43,721 bases of DNA from a bacterium (GTDB lineage Bacteria > Patescibacteriota > Minisyncoccia > 2-02-FULL-40-12 > IGHO2-12-FULL-4): positions 1 through 43,721 of the forward strand of contig JAUYPS010000048.1 in assembly GCA_030695705.1 (NCBI GenBank), in the 5' to 3' direction. Numbering within the stretch: the stretch's first letter is position 1; the number at the start of each line of letters is the position of its first letter. The translations under genes were made by a program, and so were the position numbers. Below, piece by piece: positions 35,185 through 43,721 of this stretch. The notes under the pieces are model-generated. The model saw only the letters and a program-made list of their open reading frames with translations, was not told the origin of the DNA and did no database searches.

Positions 35185-36891
35185 ATGGAATTAATAGACC
35201 AGAAAACGAAGAAAGTTATGCAAGAATGTCGAGTCCGGGCCGCCGAGGCCGGCTTGAAGATCGAAGGAGAAACGTTGGAATATATCGCCACCAACCAGGA
35301 TATGCTGGAGCTTCGGCCCAAAGGCATGATTCCTACGCTTTATGACTTTTGGGTTGACGATCTGGAAGTGCTTGGAAATAAATGGGTTTATAAAGCATAT
35401 CCGCATAATGCTTACGAAACGGTCGTAAATACTCATCCGCCGATATCGTTTTATAATGACAACAATCCGGACTGGCTGAACATAATGATTTTCTATCATG
35501 TGTTGGGCCATATTGATTTTTTTCAGAACAGCGTTTTTTTCCGCAATACATGGGGGATGGACTTTTGCGGCGAAGCGCTGGCTGACAAACGACTGATTGA
35601 GAGAATTCGGGAGGAAAAAGGGGCGGAGAAAAGATGGGTTGATTATGTGGTTGAATTTGCCCGTGGCGTTGACAACCTGGTCGGTTATTACCGTGAATTA
35701 GGAGAGGACGATCGGGTGCAGGCCGAAGGGCTTCTTGGAAGTTTTTCCGAAAAAGTAAACTTTTATTTCGGAGATTTTTTACGATACCGCTACGAGGAGA
35801 AAACAGTAACATTGAAACTGTATCACGAAGAGCTGGAGCGTCTGAACCGATGTCTAAAAGAGTTTGGGGATAAGCAGGGAGAAATGGCGTTTTTTGAGGA
35901 CTCATTTTTAAAAAGCCGTTTTCCTGAATTTAATAGTGCTTTTAAAAAGGTCCGTGACAAAAACAAAAATAAAAAGTCTAAATCTACCGATCTTTTCCAG
36001 TATTTGACCGAGCATTCCCGTTTTATCAATGAAGAAGAAAATAAATGGATGAAGGATGTCTTAGATGTGGTCAGGCGGACTTCTCTGCATTTCCAGCCGC
36101 ATTTCAGAACTCATAACTGCAACGAAGGATGGGCCAGTTTATGGCATGAGCGGCTCTACATAGCCGATTCGCGCATAAGTTCTCACGAAGTGGGTTTTGC
36201 CAGGGTTAATTCCGGCGTGGTGGTTGATCCGAAGATCGGCTTCAATCCGTATATCGGATTCAAACGGCTTTATGAGTTCCTGGAAGAGTTGGCCGATAAA
36301 GGCAAGCTTTCCCGTGATTACCAACTGATAAAAGACATCAAAGAAAGAGAGCGGTTTGATCGGCGGCCGGAAGAAGGGTTTGGCAGGAAAGTGCTTTTTG
36401 AGGCGAGGAATAATTTTGACGATGCCATGCTGGTCAATTTCCTTTCTGACGAGGATTTTCAGGACTTCATGGACCGCTATAATCTTTTCAACGTCGGTCG
36501 GCGATACAATCCAGATGAAAATGTCATTGAGCATTACATCAAGTCCCGGAGCGGAAAGGAATACCGCAAGATGATGAATGACCGTTTGTATCATCCGCCG
36601 TGCATCCTGGTAAACGAAGAAAAAGCGGATAATAAAAACGAGCTGTTTCTGGAGCATGTCTTTGAAGGGCGGACCTTGGTGACCAGATATGTTCCGGCCG
36701 CTTTGGAAGGTTTATCTTATCTGTGGGGCGATGTCGTCTGTTTGGAAACAACCGAGTTCGAGTGGGATCCCGAAGATAAGAATCGGAAACTTTTCGATCC
36801 GGAGCATGAAGTGGAATACCGGAAAGTCCATGTTCTTTACACCACTGATGGAACAACAACGGAAAGAGAAGAATTGGAGGAGGAGGAATGA
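35185..36891 (+). CDS. SpoVR/YcgB-family protein
   Basis: AYETVVN, HVLGHIDFF, NEGWASLWH, NPY. Confidence 0.92.
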   Translation: MELIDQKTKKVMQECRVRAAEAGLKIEGETLEYIATNQDMLELRPKGMIPTLYDFWVDDLEVLGNKWVYKAYPHNAYETVVNTHPPISFYNDNNPDWLNIMIFYHVLGHIDFFQNSVFFRNTWGMDFCGEALADKRLIERIREEKGAEKRWVDYVVEFARGVDNLVGYYRELGEDDRVQAEGLLGSFSEKVNFYFGDFLRYRYEEKTVTLKLYHEELERLNRCLKEFGDKQGEMAFFEDSFLKSRFPEFNSAFKKVRDKNKNKKSKSTDLFQYLTEHSRFINEEENKWMKDVLDVVRRTSLHFQPHFRTHNCNEGWASLWHERLYIADSRISSHEVGFARVNSGVVVDPKIGFNPYIGFKRLYEFLEELADKGKLSRDYQLIKDIKERERFDRRPEEGFGRKVLFEARNNFDDAMLVNFLSDEDFQDFMDRYNLFNVGRRYNPDENVIEHYIKSRSGKEYRKMMNDRLYHPPCILVNEEKADNKNELFLEHVFEGRTLVTRYVPAALEGLSYLWGDVVCLETTEFEWDPEDKNRKLFDPEHEVEYRKVHVLYTTDGTTTEREELEEEE

Positions 36892-39056
36892 ACGATAATA
36901 CGGAACGGGCCATTGAAACTTTAAAAGTTGATCTTGAACACAGTGAAAAAAGACCGGTGATGGATTTTCAGGAATATCTTGATATTGCCAAGGACAATCC
37001 CGAAAAGATTTTCCGCAACATTTTCCGGCTTTTCCATGATATGGTTAAAAGCTATGTCGAGAAGGGGGAGGATGAGTATCCTGATGATCCCGAGAGTATC
37101 GGTTTTATGAAATATGACTGTTCCCGGCTTTTTGTCCACGGATCGAACAATCCGTTTTTTGCCGACCGTCTTTTTGCCAATCGGTTTGTCCGGCAGGCGG
37201 AGGCGTTAAGGCAGGGCTCCCAGCAGAACAGGATTTATGTCTATGAGGGGCCGCCGGGTTGCGGCAAGAGTACCTTTCTTAATAATCTCCTCCGCTCTTT
37301 TGAGGAATATTCCAACACGGAAGAAGGGCGGAGCTATGAAATTTTCTGGGATATCAAAATAGGCAATGATCAAGTTCAAGTGCCTTGTCCAAGTCATGAT
37401 TATCCGATTCTGCTTATTCCCAAAAATTACCGCGTTAACTTTCTGGATAATCTCTTGTCGGAGAAGATGACGGAATTCAAACACCGTGTTTCCAATGACA
37501 AGGAGTACGAATGGCTGTTTGAAGGAGATGTCTGCACGATTTGCCGTTCGCTTTTTCGGGGTTTGCTTGAGAAGCTTAACTCTTTGGAGCAAGTTCTGGG
37601 AATGGTCAAAATCCGTCCCTACAAGTTTGATCGGCGACTGGGCGAGGGGATCAGTGTTTTCAATCCCGGCGACCAGCCCTCCAAATTGACTTTTTTAAGC
37701 GATAAGCAGATTCAAGAAAGACTTGACCGGATTTTCGGAGCTAACTTGGTAAAATATGTTTTTTCCCTCCAGGCCAGAACCAATAATGGGATTTATGTCT
37801 TGATGGACATCAAATCCCACAACAAGGGACGGCTTTTGGAACTTCATAATGTCATTTCGGAGGGTATTCACAAAGTCAACGGAATAGTTGAAGAAAGAAT
37901 CAGCTCGCTTTTTGTCGCCCTGATGAATCCTGAAGACAAAAAAGCGCTGGAAGAAGAGAAAATCGAGTCGTTTCTGGAAAGAATCCAGTATAACGCGATT
38001 CCTTACGTTCTTGATGTGCCGACCGAAGTCAAAATCTGCCAGAGCACCTTTGGTGAACAGATTGGCGTGAATTTTCTTCCGGGGGTCATTGAAAACTTTG
38101 CGAGAGTAATTATTTCTTCGCGGATGAACGTCGAGTGCGTTTCGCTTAAAGAATGGATTCCGGATATCTCCAGGTACAAAAAATACTGTGACGAGGCCGG
38201 TCTTCTTCTGCGGACGGAAATTTATGGAGGGGTTATTCCGTCCTGGCTGTCCGAGGAAGACAGAAAAAAGTTGACGGCCAAAGTCAGGCGCCGCCTTATT
38301 GCCGAAGGCGAACAAGAGGGAAAAAAGGGATTTTCGGGGCGGGAATCCATCCGTCTTTTTGGGGAGTTTTTTAGCCGGTATGGAGAAAAACCGAATCTGA
38401 TCAACATGAACAATGTTGCTGATTTTTTCCGACAGCAAATCGGCAAAGAACAACGGAACCAAAATATTCCCAAGAACTTCATCATCTCGCTTCTGAACTG
38501 GTACAATTATAGGGTTTTGAGTGAAGTGAAAGAATCCCTCTACTTCTATAATGAAGAGCAGATCGTGGAAATCGTTCTACATTATCTTTGCGCCGTTAAT
38601 TATGATATTGGGGCGAATGTTCGCTGTCCCTGGACCGGGCGGACCATAGAAGTGACGGTTGATTTCCTAAAAATTGCGGGCGCTTATTTTGTCGGCAAAG
38701 ATATAAACGATCAGGAGGCCTTACTGATCGCCGGAGAAGTTCAAAAAAAATATGTTGAAGTGGTTGCGGCGGAAAGGAGCCAAATAACGGAGACCGAACT
38801 CTATAAAGAGCTTTTTGTCGCTTGCGTGCGCAATCTGAAAGAAAAAACATTTGAACCATTTCTCAAGAGTGACAACTTTAAGGAAGCGGTCAAAGCATTC
38901 GGTACTGGCGAATTTGAGACGTTCGATACGCGTCTTCGGGAGCATGTCGCCTATATGGTTAATAATCTGGTTAATCAGTTCGGCTATACCGAACAAGGCG
39001 CGAAGGAAATATGTCTTTATGTTGTTGACCAAAAACTAATCGAAAAGTTTTCTTAA
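36888..39056 (+). CDS. PrkA/YeaG-family AAA+ protein, copy 2
   Basis: Walker A GPPGCGKS; CPSHD; EG..GFSGR; C-terminal FGY..GA. Confidence 0.88.
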   Translation: MNDNTERAIETLKVDLEHSEKRPVMDFQEYLDIAKDNPEKIFRNIFRLFHDMVKSYVEKGEDEYPDDPESIGFMKYDCSRLFVHGSNNPFFADRLFANRFVRQAEALRQGSQQNRIYVYEGPPGCGKSTFLNNLLRSFEEYSNTEEGRSYEIFWDIKIGNDQVQVPCPSHDYPILLIPKNYRVNFLDNLLSEKMTEFKHRVSNDKEYEWLFEGDVCTICRSLFRGLLEKLNSLEQVLGMVKIRPYKFDRRLGEGISVFNPGDQPSKLTFLSDKQIQERLDRIFGANLVKYVFSLQARTNNGIYVLMDIKSHNKGRLLELHNVISEGIHKVNGIVEERISSLFVALMNPEDKKALEEEKIESFLERIQYNAIPYVLDVPTEVKICQSTFGEQIGVNFLPGVIENFARVIISSRMNVECVSLKEWIPDISRYKKYCDEAGLLLRTEIYGGVIPSWLSEEDRKKLTAKVRRRLIAEGEQEGKKGFSGRESIRLFGEFFSRYGEKPNLINMNNVADFFRQQIGKEQRNQNIPKNFIISLLNWYNYRVLSEVKESLYFYNEEQIVEIVLHYLCAVNYDIGANVRCPWTGRTIEVTVDFLKIAGAYFVGKDINDQEALLIAGEVQKKYVEVVAAERSQITETELYKELFVACVRNLKEKTFEPFLKSDNFKEAVKAFGTGEFETFDTRLREHVAYMVNNLVNQFGYTEQGAKEICLYVVDQKLIEKFS

Positions 39057-39075
39057 GCGGGTTTTACCCGCTTTT
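39055..39075 (+). terminator. Terminator of the prkA operon
   Basis: AAGCGGGT-TTT-ACCCGCTT followed by T. Confidence 0.7.
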
Positions 39076-39133
39076 ATATTAAACATTTACCAACTATTGC
39101 TTTTGTATTATAGTTTATAAAATATCAGTTTCC

Positions 39134-39165
39134 ATGGACTATACGAAATATGGACTATACGAAAT
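39134..39165 (+). repeat. Exact 16-bp tandem duplication of the GT2 start region
   Basis: ATGGACTATACGAAAT twice. Confidence 0.95.
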
Positions 39166-40784
39166 TAAGCAAATATTCCGACCTTTCTGATAGAAAGGAA
39201 AGGTTTTTATATCGTTTTTTTGAGATTCTCCCCGGAGGGCTGGCTTGGGGCACTTTAGTTTTGATTATTATTGGATCGTTTCTGGTTCCTGTTTGGATGG
39301 CCATTTTTATCATTATCTTTGACATCTATTGGTTGATAAAAACCGTTTACTTATCCTTTCACCTCAATCATTCTTTTAGGAAGATGAGGAAGAATATTTC
39401 TACGGATTGGCTTAAAAAGTTATCAGAACTGCCGACCCAAGATTATCAGTTGAAAACTGTAAAATCTTGGCAGGATATTTATCATCTTATTATTCTGCCT
39501 CGCTACAAAGAAAGCATAGAAATCGTGACGGCTACTCTCGAGGGATTGATTCGTTCTGATTACCCTAAAAATAAAATGATCGTAGTGCTTGGGCAAGAAG
39601 AAAGAGCCGGCCAGCAAGCCAATAGCATTAAAGATTATCTGGAGAAAGAATACGGGCACCATTTCTTTAAATTTTTAATAACTGAACATCCGGCCGACTT
39701 AGCAGGGGAGTTGGCGGGAAAAGGTTCAAACGCTTCTTTTGCCGCCGAACAAGCCAAGGCGCAAATAATTGATCGTTTGAGTATTCCGTACTCGAACATC
39801 ATTGTTTCTAATTTTGATGTTGATACGGTAGTACCGTCGCATTTTTTTTCTTGTCTGACTTGGCATTATCTTACTACCCCCGATCCTTTGCATGCTTCTT
39901 ACCAGCCGGTGCCTTTTTTTGTAAATAACATTTGGGAGGCCCCGGCTTTTGCCCGGGTCTTTGCTTTTTCAACCACTTTTTGGCAAATGATTCAGCAGGC
40001 CCGTCCAGAGCAGCTGGTAACTTTTTCCTCCCAGTCGATTAGTTTCAAGGCCTTAGTGGAGGTCGGTTTCTGGCAGCGCAACATGGTTTCCGAGGATTCG
40101 CGAATTTTTTGGCAATGTCTTTTGCATTATGACGGTAATTGGCGGACCGTCCCTCTTCACTATCCGGTTTATATGGATGCCAACGTGGCGCCGACTTTTT
40201 GGCAAACCCTGAAGAATCAGTATAAACAGATTCTTCGTTGGCATTTTGGGGCGGAGAATAATCCTTACTTCATGTTTGGATTTTGGAAAAACAAAAAAAT
40301 CCCCGGGAGTTTGAAACGCTATTTCATTTGGACCATGGGAGAAAAAACCCATTCTAGCGCCACCAATGCCTTAATTATTTTTTTGCTTGGCTGGTTGCCT
40401 TTACTGATGGGTGGCTCTGCTTTTAATCAAACCGTTTTATCTTTAAATCTTCCTCACTTTACCCGTAATATTATGTTATTGGCGATGTTGGGGTTGATTT
40501 CTTCCGCTGCTATTTCTGTTATTTTTTTACCTCCTCGGCCGCCTAACTACGGACGCTTCAAGTGGGTCTGGATGTTTTTGCAGTGGATTTTATTTCCCAT
40601 TAACTTTATATTTTTCGGGGCTGTCCCTGCGCTTGATGCCCAGACTCGTTTGATGCTTGGCAAGTATCTTGGCTTTTGGGTAACACCGAAAGTTAGGAGC
40701 AATCGTAGTATTGAAAAAGACCCTGCAATCAGCTATTCTCCGGTAACAGAGCACCTTGAAAATAAGGAGAACGGAAATGGTTGA
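39150..40784 (+). CDS. Polytopic GT2-family glycosyltransferase
   Basis: LPRYKE, GKGSN, FDVDT, SEDSRI, QILRW (QxxRW) and multiple TM helices. Confidence 0.9.
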   Translation: MDYTKLSKYSDLSDRKERFLYRFFEILPGGLAWGTLVLIIIGSFLVPVWMAIFIIIFDIYWLIKTVYLSFHLNHSFRKMRKNISTDWLKKLSELPTQDYQLKTVKSWQDIYHLIILPRYKESIEIVTATLEGLIRSDYPKNKMIVVLGQEERAGQQANSIKDYLEKEYGHHFFKFLITEHPADLAGELAGKGSNASFAAEQAKAQIIDRLSIPYSNIIVSNFDVDTVVPSHFFSCLTWHYLTTPDPLHASYQPVPFFVNNIWEAPAFARVFAFSTTFWQMIQQARPEQLVTFSSQSISFKALVEVGFWQRNMVSEDSRIFWQCLLHYDGNWRTVPLHYPVYMDANVAPTFWQTLKNQYKQILRWHFGAENNPYFMFGFWKNKKIPGSLKRYFIWTMGEKTHSSATNALIIFLLGWLPLLMGGSAFNQTVLSLNLPHFTRNIMLLAMLGLISSAAISVIFLPPRPPNYGRFKWVWMFLQWILFPINFIFFGAVPALDAQTRLMLGKYLGFWVTPKVRSNRSIEKDPAISYSPVTEHLENKENGNG

Positions 40785-41421
40785 AAGAACTCCGGAAATT
40801 AAACAAGTTACGATCGATTTTTATAACCGGTTTTGCTATCAATACTGGGAAAGGCATCCCAATGCGCCGGTAAAGTCGATGGAAAAATTCGCCAAAATGC
40901 TGCGGGGTCCGAATATTCTTGATTTGGGATGCGGGGGCGGACACTCGGCGGTATTTAAAATGATGGGTATAAAGCTTGGTCTTGGTATGCATTTGAATCC
41001 TATCGCAGCAGATATTAGTCCCATTATGTGTCTGGCGGCAAAACAAAAAGGCGGTTTGCCAGCTGTGGTAATGGACCAGGAAAATCTTTGTTTTAAACCG
41101 AACAGCTTTGACGGAGCATGGTTATCGAAATCGCTCCTTCATTCTCCTTCGGAAGTCGTGCCGGGGATTCTGGCCGATCTACGGCTGATCCTAAAACCTC
41201 GGGGCGTTCTTTTCCTCGGCATGCAGGCGAGCATCGGACAGTATATAGAAACTGAACTAAAAACAACCGAGATCGGCACTAGGTACTATTGTTATTGGCC
41301 GACTTATCGCTTACACGGCCTGCTGGAAACTTTAGGTTTCGCAGTGGAGGAGCTGTCTATTCACGGCAAGGACTCCTTAAATAAGAGAAATTACTTCGAA
41401 ATTTTCGCTGTTAAGGAGTAG
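40777..41421 (+). CDS. Class I SAM-dependent methyltransferase
   Basis: ILDLGCGGG, DIS, SFDGAW, LKPRG; AAGGAG RBS before ATG 40777. Confidence 0.9.
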   Translation: MVERTPEIKQVTIDFYNRFCYQYWERHPNAPVKSMEKFAKMLRGPNILDLGCGGGHSAVFKMMGIKLGLGMHLNPIAADISPIMCLAAKQKGGLPAVVMDQENLCFKPNSFDGAWLSKSLLHSPSEVVPGILADLRLILKPRGVLFLGMQASIGQYIETELKTTEIGTRYYCYWPTYRLHGLLETLGFAVEELSIHGKDSLNKRNYFEIFAVKE

Positions 41422-41462
41422 AGTTATCCACATCCCAGGTCCAACCTGGGATGTGGATAACT
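41422..41462 (-). repeat. Family B full copy filling a convergent intergenic gap
   Basis: AGTTATCCACATCCCAGGT-CCA-ACCTGGGATGTGGATAACT; two inverted perfect DnaA boxes. Confidence 0.93.
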
Positions 41463-43656
41463 ATTCGAAGTGGCGGATTTTTTGGAATTGGGCCAGTTGA
41501 TTTTTGAGTAAAGGATAAGATGATAATCCCGGATCTTCTTTAAGTAAAAGCTTGGCTTCTAACCGGGCTTTTTTTATTAATTCTAAATCAGTCAGAGAGG
41601 CCATAGCCAGATCCGGCATTCCGGATTGTTTGTTTCCGGTAAATTCTCCCGGTCCGCGTAATTTCAAGTCCTCTTCAGCTAACTGGAATCCGTCTTCACA
41701 ATTTTCCAAACATTTGAGCCGTTTATTTTCGAAGCGATTATCTCCGCCGTTGACCAAAAGGCAGGAGGACTGATGTTCAGCGCGTCCGACTCGCCCGCGG
41801 AATTGATGAAGCTGGGCCAGGCCAAATCTTTCCGCATTCTCAATTAGCATGACCGAAGCGTTGGGGATATCGACACCCACTTCCACTACGGAAGTGGAGA
41901 CCAGAATGTCGTAAAAGCCGTTTTTGAATCCGGCCATTATTTTTTCTTTTTCTTTTGGTTTCATTTTTCCGTGAAGCATGGCAATTTTAAACTGCGGAAA
42001 AATCTTTTTAGAAAGCTTTTCGTATTCTTCGGTGACGGCTTTTACTTCCGACCAAAGCACATTCATTTTGTCTTTGCCGTTTTTGGCTTTTATTGTTTCT
42101 TGGGGGTTAGCCAGTTCAATGCGGGGACAGATTACAAAGATCTGCCGGCCAGCTTTTATCTCTTTTTCCAGAAATTGATAGGCCTTTTGTTCCTGATTTT
42201 TTGCAATTACTTTAGTCGTAATTTTTTTGCGATTTTTTGGTTTTTCTTTAATCAAAGAAATATCCAGATCTCCATAAATAGTTAGGGCCAGAGTGCGGGG
42301 GATAGGAGTGGCCGTCATACTCAAGAGATGCGGAACGTGGGCGGAGTTTTTAAGCAGAGCGGCCCGCTGTTCAACTCCAAATCGATGCTGTTCATCTAAA
42401 ATTGCCAATCCTAGTTCTTTGAATCTGACATCTTTTTGGATAACTGCATGCGTGCCGATTAAAATCCCGATTTCTCCTTTGGCAATTTTTTCTTGCATTA
42501 TTTTCTTGCTTACTTTTTTCTCTAGACCGTTACGGCTAAATCGGGCCTCACTTCCGGTAAGTAGCCCAATTACTAAACCAGGCAAGTCAGCCGTATGCCC
42601 ACTCGAAAATTCCCGAGCGACAAGTCGAGGGTCGAGAGTGGGTGGTATGGCTGATTTGCCTAATAAAGAAGTTATTGTGCCGAAGTGTTGGCGGGCCAGA
42701 ATCTCGGTCGGAGCCATAAAGACCGCCTGTTTTTTTTGGCGGGCTGTTTGGTAAGCAGCTGTTAAGGCCACCACGGTTTTACCAGAGCCAACGTCTCCAT
42801 TCAAAAGACGGTTCATGGGGTATTTTTTTTCCAGATCTTTTAGAATCTCAAAGGTCGCTATTTTTTGGTCGCCGGTCAGTTCAAAGGGCAAAGAATCAAC
42901 AAAACTTTTTACTTTTTGCGGTTCAAATTTTATGGGGACAGATTTTAGCTGCAAAGCTTGCCGGCGACTGGCAATTGATTTTAATTGGAATAAAAATAAT
43001 TCCTCAAAAGCCATTCTTTGTCTTGACTGTTTTGCCTCTTCTGGAGAATCCGGGAAATGGATACTTTTGACGGCGGAATTAAGTGAAGGGAAATCATATT
43101 TTTCTAGAACGTGTTTCGGCAAGGGATCAGATGAAATGTCCACAGCAGATAAGAGGGGCTTTATTAAAAAACGGAGATATTTAGAAGTTACTCCTTCTGT
43201 TTCCGGGTAGACCGGAACAAGTCGGCCGGTATGAGTCGGAAAGTTAGAGGTGAGTTTTTCGTAAGCGGGATTAGAAAGGTATAATCCGTGCTTATCTAAA
43301 GATGTTTTTCCAGAAATACTGACCCGGGTCTCTAAAGGAAGGGAATTTTCCAGATAGGGCTGATTGAACCAGATCGCCCGCACCACTCCGCTGTGATCCT
43401 GAACGAAGGCCTCCGTTACCGATCTTCTGTGCCACAAAGAAGTTGTTTTTATTTTTATAATCTCTCCTTGCAGAGAAACTATTTCCCCGGGTTCACGGAT
43501 TTCTTCCGCCGGTACTTGCCGTCTATAATCTTCGTAGCGATGAGGAAAATGCCATAACAAACCCCTGACTGTTTCAATGCCGAGTTTTTTTAGGCGCGGC
43601 AAATTTTTTGATCCTACCCCGGAAAGTTTTTCGATGGGAGTATCGAGAGGAAGCAT
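41461..43656 (-). CDS. recG: ATP-dependent DNA helicase RecG with an in-frame repeat insertion
   Basis: MNRLLNGDVGSGKT, APTEILA, DEQHRFGV, MTATPIPRTL, LHQFRGRVGR, DLKLRGPGE. Confidence 0.98.
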   Translation of the reverse strand: MLPLDTPIEKLSGVGSKNLPRLKKLGIETVRGLLWHFPHRYEDYRRQVPAEEIREPGEIVSLQGEIIKIKTTSLWHRRSVTEAFVQDHSGVVRAIWFNQPYLENSLPLETRVSISGKTSLDKHGLYLSNPAYEKLTSNFPTHTGRLVPVYPETEGVTSKYLRFLIKPLLSAVDISSDPLPKHVLEKYDFPSLNSAVKSIHFPDSPEEAKQSRQRMAFEELFLFQLKSIASRRQALQLKSVPIKFEPQKVKSFVDSLPFELTGDQKIATFEILKDLEKKYPMNRLLNGDVGSGKTVVALTAAYQTARQKKQAVFMAPTEILARQHFGTITSLLGKSAIPPTLDPRLVAREFSSGHTADLPGLVIGLLTGSEARFSRNGLEKKVSKKIMQEKIAKGEIGILIGTHAVIQKDVRFKELGLAILDEQHRFGVEQRAALLKNSAHVPHLLSMTATPIPRTLALTIYGDLDISLIKEKPKNRKKITTKVIAKNQEQKAYQFLEKEIKAGRQIFVICPRIELANPQETIKAKNGKDKMNVLWSEVKAVTEEYEKLSKKIFPQFKIAMLHGKMKPKEKEKIMAGFKNGFYDILVSTSVVEVGVDIPNASVMLIENAERFGLAQLHQFRGRVGRAEHQSSCLLVNGGDNRFENKRLKCLENCEDGFQLAEEDLKLRGPGEFTGNKQSGMPDLAMASLTDLELIKKARLEAKLLLKEDPGLSSYPLLKNQLAQFQKIRHFE
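42580..42660 (+). repeat. Family A copy in frame in recG, read on its opposite strand
   Basis: 27 codons: GKSAIPPTLDPRLVAREFSSGHTADLP. Confidence 0.95.
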
Positions 43657-43666
43657 GGTCTTATTA

Positions 43667-43721
43667 GCAAATCAGCCATACACCCACTCGAAAATTCCCG
43701 AGCGACAAGTCGAGGGTCGAG
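43667..43721 (+). repeat. Family A copy 10 bp upstream of the recG start, cut by the window end
   Basis: GCAAATCAGCCATACACCCACTCGAAAATTCCCGAGCGACAAGTCGAGGGTCGAG. Confidence 0.92.

Noticed and set aside
37695..38462. Long antisense ORFs (255 aa here; 212 aa at 23606-24244; others)
   Set aside because: Shadows of well-supported genes with no recognisable motifs.
27882..41462. oriC inferred from DnaA boxes
   Set aside because: Boxes are dispersed, mostly inside CDS or repeats; no clustered array, AT-rich unwinding region or dnaA/dnaN.

Overview
A 43.7-kb bacterial chromosome segment that looks like Patescibacteria/CPR (Parcubacteria-like). This is inferred from the rpsO-NYN-pnp block, the tsaE-polA-DUF3048-holA block, comM/yraN/recG/xer genes, PKD and LysM-M23 surface proteins, and the absence of metabolic genes. 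Housekeeping genes are interleaved with accessory genes: an Acidobacteria-like TonB-dependent receptor and secreted proteins, a four-gene PrkA-YeaH-SpoVR-PrkA operon, and three damaged toxin-antitoxin loci. The most striking signal is non-genic. (i) At least three families of short palindromic repeats occur both between genes and translated in frame inside TsaE, RecG, PolA and HolA; one family is built from two inverted DnaA boxes. (ii) Seven 120-290 bp rod-like foldback elements fill intergenic spaces; one has TIRs and a TSD, and one pair shows compensatory base changes. (iii) A promoter-to-terminator non-coding unit carries a degenerate tRNA-like cloverleaf preceded by several boxes antisense to it. 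No canonical tRNA, rRNA, CRISPR array or transposase was seen. All family calls are from motif recognition, not database searches.
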